Shown here: piece after piece, positions 9,281 to 18,377 of the stretch | Layout of the letters: every line of letters starts with the position of its first letter | How positions within the stretch are numbered: the stretch's first letter is position 1 | Source of the DNA: an uncultured Spirochaetota bacterium | GTDB lineage: Bacteria > Spirochaetota > Spirochaetia > SZUA-6 > Fen-1364 | Length of the DNA stretch: 64,000 bases | Assembly (NCBI GenBank): GCA_963820525.1 | Contig: CAWGAA010000002.1 | Location: 654,535 to 718,534 of the forward strand | Direction: 5' to 3' | Notes under the pieces: model-generated | What the model was told of the DNA's origin: nothing | Database searches by the model: none | What the model saw: only the letters and a program-made list of their open reading frames with translations | Program-made: the position numbers and the translations under genes

Positions 9281-10567
9281 CTAGCTTCCTTTCCTGCCGG
9301 TGGATCCCGCGATTTCCTGCGGGCCGGCGATTCTTCCCATCACGGCGCTCGCCGCGGCCGTGGCGGGGGAGGCGAGGAAGACCTCGCTCGACTTGTGGCC
9401 CATGCGGCCCACGAAATTCCTGTTGGTCGTGGAGACGCAGCGCTCCCCGGAGGCGAGGATCCCCATGTGCCCCCCCAGGCAGGGCCCGCACGTGGGCGGG
9501 GAGATGACGGCGCCCGCGTCGAGGAAGACTTCGAAGAGGCCCTCGTCCAGTGCCTGGCGGTAGACGCCGACCGTCGCCGGAATCACCAGGCAGCGCACTC
9601 CCTTGGCAACCTTTCTGCCCTTGAGGATCTTTGCCGCAAGCCTCAGGTCCTCGATCCTTCCGTTGGTGCAGCTTCCGATGACAACCTGGTCTATGCACAC
9701 CTCGGGAGTCGAGGATGCGGGGCGGACCTTCTCCGGAAGGTGGGGGTGCGCCACCACGGGGGTGAGGCCCGTCACGTCGATCTCCACGGTCCGCTCGTAG
9801 ACCGCGTCGGCATCCGGGGCCACGTGCTCCCAGCGCCGATCCGTTCTGCCCTTGAGGAACTTCGCCACCTTCGCGTCCGAGGCGAAGATGCCGTTCTTCG
9901 CCCCCGCCTCGATTGCCATGTTCGCCATGGTGAGGCGTCCTTCAACGGAAAGCGCTTCGATGGCCGGCCCGGCGAACTCCAGGGCGCGATAGGTGGCCCC
10001 GGAGACCGAGATCCTTCCGATGAGCTCGAGAATAAGGTCCTTGCCCGTGACCCAGGGGCCGAGCTTGCCCGTGAAAACGACTCGGATTGTAGGCGGGACG
10101 CGCAGCCACGCCTTTCCCGTGAGGAGGAATCCGGCGAGGTCTGTGGAGCCGACACCCGTCGAGAAGGCGCCCAAGGCGCCGTAGGTGCAGGTGTGAGAGT
10201 CCGCCCCGATGACGAGCATCCCCGGAACGACTGCTCCGATCTCGGGAAGGAGGGCGTGCTCAACCCCGACCTCTCCCTGCTCGAAGAAATGGACCCCCGC
10301 GTGAGCGCGGCTGAAGTCCCGCAGGACCTTGGCCTGCTGGGCGGACAGGATGTCCTTGTTCGGCGTGAAATGGTCCGCCACGAGGAAGACCCGCTCGGGG
10401 AAGCGGACCTTGGAGGCGCCTGCCCTGGTGAACTCCTCGATCGCGAAGGGCGCCGTGATGTCGTTCGCCAGCCCCAGGTCCGGCTCGATTTCAAGAAACT
10501 CTCCGGCCCTCACCCGGTCCCTGCCGGCTTTTACCGCGAGGATCTTCTCAGTGAGCGTCATCCCCAT
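9281..10567 (-). CDS. leuC: 3-isopropylmalate dehydratase large subunit
   Basis: DSHTCTYGA, IGSCTNGR, CGPCLGGH, STTNRNFVGRMG. Confidence 0.95.
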   Translation of the reverse strand: MGMTLTEKILAVKAGRDRVRAGEFLEIEPDLGLANDITAPFAIEEFTRAGASKVRFPERVFLVADHFTPNKDILSAQQAKVLRDFSRAHAGVHFFEQGEVGVEHALLPEIGAVVPGMLVIGADSHTCTYGALGAFSTGVGSTDLAGFLLTGKAWLRVPPTIRVVFTGKLGPWVTGKDLILELIGRISVSGATYRALEFAGPAIEALSVEGRLTMANMAIEAGAKNGIFASDAKVAKFLKGRTDRRWEHVAPDADAVYERTVEIDVTGLTPVVAHPHLPEKVRPASSTPEVCIDQVVIGSCTNGRIEDLRLAAKILKGRKVAKGVRCLVIPATVGVYRQALDEGLFEVFLDAGAVISPPTCGPCLGGHMGILASGERCVSTTNRNFVGRMGHKSSEVFLASPATAAASAVMGRIAGPQEIAGSTGRKGS

Positions 10568-12152
10568 TACCGCTTCCTCCCTTTCGTGCCGACTGGTATG
10601 CCTTCCAGCGGTTGATTGCGTTTACGTATGCCTGCGCGCTCGCCTCCAGGATGTCGGTCGAGGCGCCGCGGCCGACGAACTTTCTGCCCTCGATTTCCAC
10701 TGATATGCTGACCTCGCCCAGGGCCTGCTTGCCCGGGGTGACGGCCTGCACCACGTATTCCAGGAGATTCGTCGACAGGCCGATGGCGCGGTCGATGGCG
10801 TTGAAGATCGCGTCCACCGGACCGTCTCCCGTGGCGGCCTCTTCGAAAGTCTGCGCCTCCTCGCCGCCGGCGCCTGAGCCGGCAGCAGCCTTGCCGCTCT
10901 TTGTCGATGCCTCTCCGCTTCGAATCCTTACCGTGGCGGTCGGGACCGCCATATTGCCGGACTGGATGTTGAAGTAGTCCAGCGTGTACGTTTCCGTGTC
11001 GTGGCCGAGCTGGTCCGAGATTATGACGTACAGATCGTCGTCGAACACCTCCTTTTTCCTGTCCGCGATCTCCAGGAAACGATCGTATGCCTTCTTGAGG
11101 TCGGCATCGGACAGCGAGAACCCCAGCTCCCCCAGCCGGGTCTTGAAGCCGTGCAGCCCCGAGTGGCGGCCGAGGACGAGCTTGCTGGAATCCCGTCCCA
11201 CGGACTCGGGGGTCATGATCTCGTAGGTCTCTCTCTTCTTGATCATGCCGTCCTGGTGGATGCCCGATTCGTGGGCAAAGGCGTTCTCTCCAACGACAGG
11301 CTTGTTGCGCGGTAGGGCGAACCCGATGGTGTTGGAGAGCAGGCGGGAGGTGCGGTAGATCTGGCGGGTCTGGATTCCCGTGGTGAAAGGCAGGAAGTCG
11401 CGGCGAACCGAGAGGGCCATGACGAACTCCTCGAGGGAGGCGTTGCCCGCCCGCTCGCCGATGCCGTTCACGGTGACCTCCACCTGCCGGGCGCCCGCCT
11501 GGAGCGCAGCGATCGAGTTGGCCACGGCCATTCCCAGGTCGTTGTGGCAGTGAACCGAGAGCACCGCCTTGTCCATGTTGGGCGTTCCCTCGCGGATGGC
11601 CTTGAGGAACTCCGTGAACTCCGCGGGAACGGCGTAGCCCACCGTGTCGGGGATGTTGATGACGCTGGCACCCGCGTCGATCACCCGCTCGATGATCCGG
11701 CAGAGGAAAGGGATCTCGCTTCGCGTGCCGTCCTCAGGGGAGAACTCCACCTCCGCCACTTTGCCTCGCGCGTACTTCACGGCGTGAACGGCCATTTCCA
11801 CAACCTCGTCGGGTGTTTTCTTCAGCTTGTGCTCCATGTGAATTGGGGAGGTGGCGAGGAAAGTATGGATGCGGGGCCGCTCGGAGCCTTTGAGCGACTC
11901 AGCGGCGCTGTCGATGTCCTTTTCAACCGCCCTCGCCAGGGCCGCGATCGTGGGGCCTTTCACCTCCTTGGCGATGAGCTTGCACCCCTCGAACTGCTGG
12001 GGCGATGAAATGGGAAAGCCCGCCTCGATCACGTCGACCCCGAGCCGGGCGAGCTGAACGGCGATCTCGTATTTCTGCTCCACGCTCATTGAGGCGCCGG
12101 GAGACTGCTCGCCATCCCTCAGTGTCGTATCGAAGATCCATACCCGCTGCAT
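10548..12152 (-). CDS. leuA: 2-isopropylmalate synthase
   Basis: [37 protein letters not shown] and a regulatory domain; start MQRVWIF at 12152 after SD AAAGGAG. Confidence 0.95.
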   Translation of the reverse strand: MQRVWIFDTTLRDGEQSPGASMSVEQKYEIAVQLARLGVDVIEAGFPISSPQQFEGCKLIAKEVKGPTIAALARAVEKDIDSAAESLKGSERPRIHTFLATSPIHMEHKLKKTPDEVVEMAVHAVKYARGKVAEVEFSPEDGTRSEIPFLCRIIERVIDAGASVINIPDTVGYAVPAEFTEFLKAIREGTPNMDKAVLSVHCHNDLGMAVANSIAALQAGARQVEVTVNGIGERAGNASLEEFVMALSVRRDFLPFTTGIQTRQIYRTSRLLSNTIGFALPRNKPVVGENAFAHESGIHQDGMIKKRETYEIMTPESVGRDSSKLVLGRHSGLHGFKTRLGELGFSLSDADLKKAYDRFLEIADRKKEVFDDDLYVIISDQLGHDTETYTLDYFNIQSGNMAVPTATVRIRSGEASTKSGKAAAGSGAGGEEAQTFEEAATGDGPVDAIFNAIDRAIGLSTNLLEYVVQAVTPGKQALGEVSISVEIEGRKFVGRGASTDILEASAQAYVNAINRWKAYQSARKGGSGNGDDAH

Positions 12153-12181
12153 GTCGTTCTCCTTTCTCCTGTCCATTTTTC

Positions 12182-12730
12182 TCATTTTCCGCCCGCTGAG
12201 TTGCCGTTCGAGCGGGCCGGCTGCGCGCCCTGCCCGCCGGAGGCCTTGGGGCTCTTTTTCCCCCGCTCGACGCAGACCAGGCCGCTCCTGGCCGTCTCCA
12301 CCACGCCGTAGGGTGAAACCAGGTCGATGAAGTCGTCGATCTTTTCGGGAGACCCGGTGATCTCCAGCGTCATCGTGTCGTGGCCCACGTCCATCACCTC
12401 GGCTTTGAAGACCTCGGCCACCTCGAAGATCTCGCCCCTGCTTCGCGTCTTGGTGCTCACCTTCACGAGGGCAAGCTCCCGATTGAGGGCGGGAACCCCG
12501 GTGAGGTCGTAGACCTTGATGACGTCGATGAGGCGGTTGAGCTGCTTCTTGATCTGCTCCACCACCGAATCGTCCCCTCCGCACACCAGGGTGAGGCGCG
12601 ACACGCCGGGGTCCGGCGTCACGCCGACCGTGATGCTCTCGAGGTTGTACCCCCTCCCCGAGAAAAGGCCTGCGATCCGCGCGAGCACCCCCTGATGATT
12701 TTCAACAAGCATCGAAAGTATATGCTTCAT
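12182..12730 (-). CDS. ilvN: acetolactate synthase small (regulatory) subunit
   Basis: LVENHQGVLARIAGLFSGRGYNLESI ACT domain; QIKKQLNRLIDV. Confidence 0.95.
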   Translation of the reverse strand: MKHILSMLVENHQGVLARIAGLFSGRGYNLESITVGVTPDPGVSRLTLVCGGDDSVVEQIKKQLNRLIDVIKVYDLTGVPALNRELALVKVSTKTRSRGEIFEVAEVFKAEVMDVGHDTMTLEITGSPEKIDDFIDLVSPYGVVETARSGLVCVERGKKSPKASGGQGAQPARSNGNSAGGK

Positions 12731-12751
12731 GCCGCTTGCCTCCTTCCCGTT

Positions 12752-14476
12752 TCAGGCGTTCATCATCTCGTCGTTTCCGGCGCCGGCCGGAACCATGGGC
12801 CACACGTTGGCCTCCCGCTCCACGATGAAGTCGATGAAGATGGGCCGATCCGTGACGCGCTTCGCCTCCGCGAGGGCCGCGTCGATTTCAGACTCTTTGC
12901 GAACCCGGATGCCCACGGCGTCGTAGGCCTGGGCCAGCTTGACGAAGTCCGGCACGTAGGGCGGGCACTTCTCTCCCGGCCTCGAGCACAGGCGCGGGCA
13001 GCTGCCGTTCCGCATGAGGCAGGTGGAGGAATAATGGCGGTCGTAGAAGACCTCCTGCCACTGGCGGACCATGCCGAGGAAGCCGTTGTTGAGGATGGCG
13101 ACGATCACGGGAAGTCCTTCCGAGACCGCCGTGGCCAGCTCCTGGATGTTCATCTGGATTGAGCCGTCGCCGGCGATGTCGATCACGCGCCTGCCTGGGT
13201 TTCCTATCTGAGCGCCGATGGCGGCGGGAAACCCGTAGCCCATGGTGCCCAGGCCGCCCGAGGTGAGGAAGGTGCGCGGCTCGCGGAACTGGTAGTAGAG
13301 GGCCGTCCACATCTGATTCTGGCCCACCTCTGTCGTGATGATGGCATCGGGGAACGCCTGGTTGAGCTTTTTGATCACGACCGAGGGGGAGAGACAGCTG
13401 TTGGCGGCGATCTCGGTCAGGGGCCGCGACTTTTTCCACTCCTCGGTCTGACGGATCCACTCGTCGATGGGGGAGCGCTGGAGGTGAGGGTAGAGCTCTT
13501 CCAGGATGAGCCGCGCGTCCCCGACGATCGGCACCTCGACGGCGACGTTTCGGGAGATGGAGGCGGGATCGATGTCGATGTGCACGACCGTAGCGTTGGG
13601 GGCGAACTTCTGGAGGTTCCCCGTGGCGCGGTCGTCGAATCGCGTTCCGATCGCGAACAGCAGGTCTGAGTTCTGCACGGCCGTGTTCGCCGCGAATGTG
13701 CCGTGCATCCCCAGCATTCCCAGGTTTCGGGGATGGTCGCTGGGGATGACGCTGATGCCCAGGAGGGAGGAGATGACGGGCACGTCCACCTTGTCTACGA
13801 TCTTTCTGAAGATCTCCGCTCCGTTGGAGATGACCAGGCCGCCTCCGATGTAGAACAGGGGCTTCTTGGCCTTGGCCAGCACGTGGGCCGCTTTCTTGAT
13901 CTGCATGGGATGGCCCTTGGTGACGGGGTTGTAGCCACGGATCGAGACGCTCTCGGGCAGGGGCTCGGAGGATTGCTCCTGGAGGATGTCCTTGGGAAGG
14001 TCCACCAGCACGGGACCGGGCCGGCCGCTTCCGGCGATGTAGAACGCCTCGCGGAGTATCCTGCCGAGATCCTTCCTGTCCGTGACGAGGTAGTTGTGCT
14101 TCGTCACCGAGCGGGAAATGCCCACGATATCGGCTTCCTGGAAGGCGTCGTTTCCGATCATATTTCTGGTGACCTGGCCGGTGAGCACCACGAGGGGTAC
14201 GGAGTCGAAGTTCGCCGTGGCGAGGCCTGTCACGGTGTTCGTCGCTCCCGGGCCGCTCGTCACGAGGCACACCCCCGTCCTGCCCGTCGAACGGGCAAAC
14301 CCGTCGGCGGCGTGTACGGCGCCCTGCTCGTGGCGGGTGAGCACCACGCGGATCGATTTCTCCGCGTACAGGGCGTCGAACAGGGGAAGGACGACCCCGC
14401 CGGGAAAGCCGAAGAGTATGTCCACTTTTTCGGCCTTCAAAGCTTCAACCACCATCTCGGCTCCGGTGCACTTCAT
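12752..14476 (-). CDS. ilvB: acetolactate synthase large subunit
   Basis: FGFPGG, RHEQGA, TSGPGATN and the GDGS...NN TPP motif. Confidence 0.95.
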   Translation of the reverse strand: MKCTGAEMVVEALKAEKVDILFGFPGGVVLPLFDALYAEKSIRVVLTRHEQGAVHAADGFARSTGRTGVCLVTSGPGATNTVTGLATANFDSVPLVVLTGQVTRNMIGNDAFQEADIVGISRSVTKHNYLVTDRKDLGRILREAFYIAGSGRPGPVLVDLPKDILQEQSSEPLPESVSIRGYNPVTKGHPMQIKKAAHVLAKAKKPLFYIGGGLVISNGAEIFRKIVDKVDVPVISSLLGISVIPSDHPRNLGMLGMHGTFAANTAVQNSDLLFAIGTRFDDRATGNLQKFAPNATVVHIDIDPASISRNVAVEVPIVGDARLILEELYPHLQRSPIDEWIRQTEEWKKSRPLTEIAANSCLSPSVVIKKLNQAFPDAIITTEVGQNQMWTALYYQFREPRTFLTSGGLGTMGYGFPAAIGAQIGNPGRRVIDIAGDGSIQMNIQELATAVSEGLPVIVAILNNGFLGMVRQWQEVFYDRHYSSTCLMRNGSCPRLCSRPGEKCPPYVPDFVKLAQAYDAVGIRVRKESEIDAALAEAKRVTDRPIFIDFIVEREANVWPMVPAGAGNDEMMNA

Positions 14477-14500
14477 GTAGCCTCCTCTCGATCGAAGCGG

Positions 14501-14537
14501 AAAATAAAAAGGCCGTTCCCCGGAAGGAGAACGGCCT
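14501..14537 (-). terminator. attenuator intrinsic terminator upstream of ilvB
   Basis: AGGCCGTTCTCC-TTCC-GGGGAACGGCCT stem-loop followed by TTTTATTTT on the minus strand, upstream of the ilvB SD (GAGGAGG). Confidence 0.9.
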
Positions 14538-14564
14538 GCTCAACCACCTTGTGGTTACAGCCCT

Positions 14565-14651
14565 CTACCCCTCCGGGTGCCCGGGACGCTTGGTAAGGAG
14601 TACAATAATAAGGAGGCCAAGGACAGGAAGACGGCTGCTTGCGAATTCCAT
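14565..14651 (-). CDS. ilv/leu operon leader peptide (28 aa, MEFASSRLPVLGLLIIVLLTKRPGHPEG)
   Basis: ATG 14651 to TAG 14565; run of Leu/Ile/Val codons (LPVLGLLIIVLL) followed by antiterminator and terminator hairpins. Confidence 0.85.
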   Translation of the reverse strand: MEFASSRLPVLGLLIIVLLTKRPGHPEG

Positions 14652-14661
14652 GGTGTGCGAA

Positions 14662-14690
14662 TACATACGCTATCCGAGCGTTTTTGTCAA
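14662..14690 (-). promoter_or_regulatory. sigma70 promoter of the ilv-leu operon
   Basis: TTGACA-17 bp-TATGTA, preceded by an A-rich UP-like tract. Confidence 0.75.
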
Positions 14691-14780
14691 GTATGTTTTT
14701 ATTTTTTTCTTGGGATGGCGCAGGGCGGCGGGGCGAGCCGCGGCTCGCGAGAGGCGGGCTCGGCCCAACGGGCGCCGGCT

Positions 14781-16277
14781 TCAGTCCCCCCTGAGCTTCG
14801 CCTGCCGCGCCTCGAATGACGCCTTGACGCTCTTGGCCACCTTCATCAGCTGATCCTCGCTCTTGATGCCGAAATCGCTCAAGACGGGCTTCTCGATCTG
14901 GACATAGGAGATGAGTCCCCGCTCCAAGTCGCAGATCACGTTGGCGAGGTAGACGCAGTAGACGATGTCCTTGGAGGCAAGGCTCGCGAACAGCGGCTCG
15001 TGGTGGTACTGGATTCCCTCCACCAGCACGTCGGGGAAGTTCCATTTCCTGGCCATCATCGCGCCGATGTCCGCGTGGTTCATGCCGAAGGAGAAGCGCT
15101 CGAGGATCCTCGGGGGGATGTTCTTCTCCCTGCAGAACTTGCGCATCTTCTCGTGCAGCTCGGGATGGAGGGAGATGGTGATGATGAGCCCCAGGTCGTG
15201 CAGGATTCCCGCCACGTACACGTCGTCCAGGATGTCGCGCTGGCGCTTCAGGCGCCTGGCGATGTGAAAGGCATAGAAGGCGGTGCGGTACGAGTGATCC
15301 CAGAGGGACCTCATCTCTGCGTACCGGTCTCCCAGGATTTTTTGGGAGCCGTAGGAATAGAGAATGGAGCGCAGTCCCTTCAATCCCACCAGCTTCACGG
15401 CCTGGGGGATGCTGTTCACGCGGGTGGGAAGCATGTAGTAGGCGGAGTTGACGTGCTTGATGAGGTCCGCCGTCAGTGTGGGGTCCGTGGAGATTCTCGC
15501 CGCGATGTCGGAGATCGTCGAATCCGGGTCGGAACAGAGCGTTATCAGCTCCATGACGTTCTCCGGGAAGTGGGGAAGGGAATCGATGTCGCGCACCAGG
15601 GCGTCCATGAGGATCTTCACCTTTTCCAGGTGCACTTCCGAGGTGGGGATCTTGATGGATGCAACGGTCTGGCGGTCCTGCACCTCGATGGAGAACGACT
15701 CCTCACCGAGGCCGATGCGCTTGAGAAACTGCAGCAGGATCATGAGGCCGAGCCCGGCGCCTTCGGTGTCATCGAGGGGCGCGGTGAGGGCCTCGAAGAA
15801 CGAGTTGAAGGCGCGCGCCCTGGCAACCCTGTCGTAGATGCGGGCCTGCTCCTTCACCGTGAGCTCCGCCGTGTTCTTTACGGCTACCGTGAGGGCTCCG
15901 CCCGAGGTATGGAAGGCCACTTCTATGGAGAGGTTCTTCTCCCGCAGCTTGGTCAGGAAATGGCTGATGTTCTCCACATACTCCCTCAGGAAGCTCTTCA
16001 TCCCCTTGTCGTAATCCTCTTCGCGGGAGATATCCAGCTCATGCTCCTCGAAATACACCCGCTTGCCGTTCGCCTTCTGGGCGTTGACGATGAGCTCCTT
16101 CAGGCAATAGGAGAGGGGCTCCAGGATCTTCTCCTGGCCGAGCTCGGTGAGGTAGATCTCCAGAATCCTGTCCAGCAGGGCGTGAGACTCGAAGGGGAGG
16201 CTCGTGAGCTTGAAGGTGAGGGGAATGGAATCCTGGGCAGCCCTCTGAATCTCTGAGATATCTATCTTCGTTGACAT
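14781..16277 (-). CDS. HDOD-domain protein with N-terminal HATPase-like (anti-sigma-type) domain
   Basis: ELIVNAQKAN and GAGLGL GHKL-like motifs; DPTLTADLIKHVNSAYY, LHDLG, HHEP. Promoter TTGGGT-17-TATACT sits just upstream of ATG 16277. Confidence 0.8.
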   Translation of the reverse strand: MSTKIDISEIQRAAQDSIPLTFKLTSLPFESHALLDRILEIYLTELGQEKILEPLSYCLKELIVNAQKANGKRVYFEEHELDISREEDYDKGMKSFLREYVENISHFLTKLREKNLSIEVAFHTSGGALTVAVKNTAELTVKEQARIYDRVARARAFNSFFEALTAPLDDTEGAGLGLMILLQFLKRIGLGEESFSIEVQDRQTVASIKIPTSEVHLEKVKILMDALVRDIDSLPHFPENVMELITLCSDPDSTISDIAARISTDPTLTADLIKHVNSAYYMLPTRVNSIPQAVKLVGLKGLRSILYSYGSQKILGDRYAEMRSLWDHSYRTAFYAFHIARRLKRQRDILDDVYVAGILHDLGLIITISLHPELHEKMRKFCREKNIPPRILERFSFGMNHADIGAMMARKWNFPDVLVEGIQYHHEPLFASLASKDIVYCVYLANVICDLERGLISYVQIEKPVLSDFGIKSEDQLMKVAKSVKASFEARQAKLRGD

Positions 16278-16358
16278 CCCGGCTCCGAGTATAGCAGGAA
16301 AAGGGGTGAAACCCAATAGGGAAAAAAGAAGAAAGCCGCCTCCATGGTTCGGCGGCGC

Positions 16359-18278
16359 TCAGGAGCGTTTCGCAGGCTCGCCGGCCTCCGCCGCCCTGTG
16401 CGGAGCCTGCCCCGCTTCGCGCGTCATGCCGCCGGGCTTTGGCCTGAGCAGATCGTCGATGCTCAAAGGGTGCTCCCGGAAGCTTTCAAGCATTCTGATG
16501 CGATTGAAGACTTCATGGTTCTCCACAAAGACGTCCACGATATCGGGGTCGAAGTGGGAGGCACGCTCGGAGCAGATGATCTTCATCGCCTCCTCATGGG
16601 TGAGGGAATCCTTGTACGACCTCTTGCTCGTCAGGGCATCGTAGACGTCCGCGAGGGCCACGATCCTGGCCGAGAGGGGGATCGCCTCGCCCCTTTTTCC
16701 CGCCGGATATCCGGTTCCGTCCCAACGCTCGTGATGGGAGAAGGCGATCTCCTTGCCGATCGTGAGGAAGGACTGGTCATTGATCTCCCTGTCCACGGAC
16801 CTGAGGGCTTCGCCGCCCAGCTCGGCGTGCTGTTTTATCCTCTCGAACTCCTGCAGGCTGAGCTTGCCTGGCTTCAGCAGTATGGCGTCCTCGATCCCGA
16901 CCTTTCCCACGTCGTGAAGCACCGAGGAGAGGCAGAGGTCATCGATGTATCCCGTGGTGATGTACTGGGAATATTTCGGCATCCGGGAAAGCCCCAGGGC
17001 GAGCACCCGCGTATATTCGCGGATTCTCTCCAGGTGCTTGCCCGTGTCCTTGTCCCTGTATTCGGTGAGCCGGGCGAATCCAAGGATCGCCGCCGATTGC
17101 GTGCTCTTGATCTTCTGGAAGGATTCCTGGAGCTTCTTCTCCAGCCTGACCCTTTCGGTCAGGTCCTTTTCCATTATGGAGTAGGCGAGGGTCTCTCCGA
17201 GGGTGCTGGTAAGCGCCGCGTAGGAGGCATGGGTGAACTTGATTGTGCCGTCCTTGCACCGGCGGGGGATATCGGTCTGAACGAACCCGCCCTTGCTCTT
17301 TTTCACCCGCGCGATGATCTCAGAGATCGAGGGAACCCCGCCCTGGACCTGGAAGACCTCGCTGAAGTTTTTCCCGACAATCTCGGCCCACGTGTAGCCG
17401 TAGAGCTGCTCCGCGTAGTAGTTGCAGTTGAGGATGGCTCCGGCAGGGTCCACGATGATGATCGATGAAAGCATGGTGTCGAAGAGCAGCATGTAGTTGC
17501 GCTCCGAGATCTTGAGGCGCGCCTCCAGGCTCTTGATATAGGTGATGTCCTTCAAGTGGGACGTGTACCCTTTCACCGCGCCGGATTCGTCCCGGATAAC
17601 CCATGCCGTATCGAGAACACGTATCAGCTCCTTCGAGGGAGTGCGCAGGTGCGTCTCGTGGTTGGAGATCGTATCGGATTCGGTGAGCCTGAGGATTTTG
17701 TCTTCCAGCTCGGCCGAATACACGTAGAGCTCGGAAATATTGGGAAGCGATTCGCCCGGTTCAAGCCCGACCAGTCGGAAGAAGGAGGGATTGGCCGCCT
17801 TTATCCTGCCGGAGAGGTCCACCGTGAGCACCGGATCGCCGAGGTTGTTGAAGAGCTGCTCCCATTGGCGGGTTCGCTCGCCGTCCTCAGCATCCAATTC
17901 CTGGATCGCCTTGATCCGGACAAGGAGGTACTCTCCGTTCTCGCTTTCCACGGGGAGACTGAAGACGGTCAACCGTCGAACAACGCCGTTTCGATCCTCG
18001 ATCTCCTCCTCGTGCTCTCCCTGCTTGCCGTCGAACACCGCGAGATCCCTGAGGAACTCCGCCTCCCGAGAGAAAACGTCGGAAGCCCGAAGCCCGACTG
18101 TTTTCAAGAGGACCTCATTGAAAAAGACGATTTTCCGTTCCCCGTTTATAATGAGAAAGCCATCAGAGAACTCCTCGATGATCTTCAAGAGGATGTCGGT
18201 CAAGGGCTGTTCCTTTCCCTCAGAGTGTTTATGGACTGTTGGAACGGGACTGGAGGAAATGGTAGCATTGGAGTTCAT
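16359..18278 (-). CDS. multi-PAS + HD-GYP c-di-GMP phosphodiesterase
   Basis: PAS repeats; LHDVGK, HHERWDGTGYP, ADVYDAL. Start position uncertain. Confidence 0.88.
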   Translation of the reverse strand: MNSNATISSSPVPTVHKHSEGKEQPLTDILLKIIEEFSDGFLIINGERKIVFFNEVLLKTVGLRASDVFSREAEFLRDLAVFDGKQGEHEEEIEDRNGVVRRLTVFSLPVESENGEYLLVRIKAIQELDAEDGERTRQWEQLFNNLGDPVLTVDLSGRIKAANPSFFRLVGLEPGESLPNISELYVYSAELEDKILRLTESDTISNHETHLRTPSKELIRVLDTAWVIRDESGAVKGYTSHLKDITYIKSLEARLKISERNYMLLFDTMLSSIIIVDPAGAILNCNYYAEQLYGYTWAEIVGKNFSEVFQVQGGVPSISEIIARVKKSKGGFVQTDIPRRCKDGTIKFTHASYAALTSTLGETLAYSIMEKDLTERVRLEKKLQESFQKIKSTQSAAILGFARLTEYRDKDTGKHLERIREYTRVLALGLSRMPKYSQYITTGYIDDLCLSSVLHDVGKVGIEDAILLKPGKLSLQEFERIKQHAELGGEALRSVDREINDQSFLTIGKEIAFSHHERWDGTGYPAGKRGEAIPLSARIVALADVYDALTSKRSYKDSLTHEEAMKIICSERASHFDPDIVDVFVENHEVFNRIRMLESFREHPLSIDDLLRPKPGGMTREAGQAPHRAAEAGEPAKRS

Positions 18279-18377
18279 GGATGTCAATGTGGAACCGCCT
18301 CTGCCGTTGGGTTTCAAGGCCGACTTGGCTTTCACTCGATACGATTTCTCTATATAGTCGACCTCAAGGAGCGCGTG

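Noticed and set aside
14477..14690. T-box riboswitch upstream of ilvB
   Set aside because: The leader is too short for stem I and has no proper T-box (AAUUAGGGUGGUACCGCG-like) sequence; the leader peptide explains the terminator.
17556..18377. Long N-terminal extensions in the ORF track (MCP 821 aa, cimA 624 aa, leuA 678 aa, mtaB 532 aa, fmt 488 aa)
   Set aside because: They overlap neighbouring genes; SD position and motif homology indicate downstream starts.
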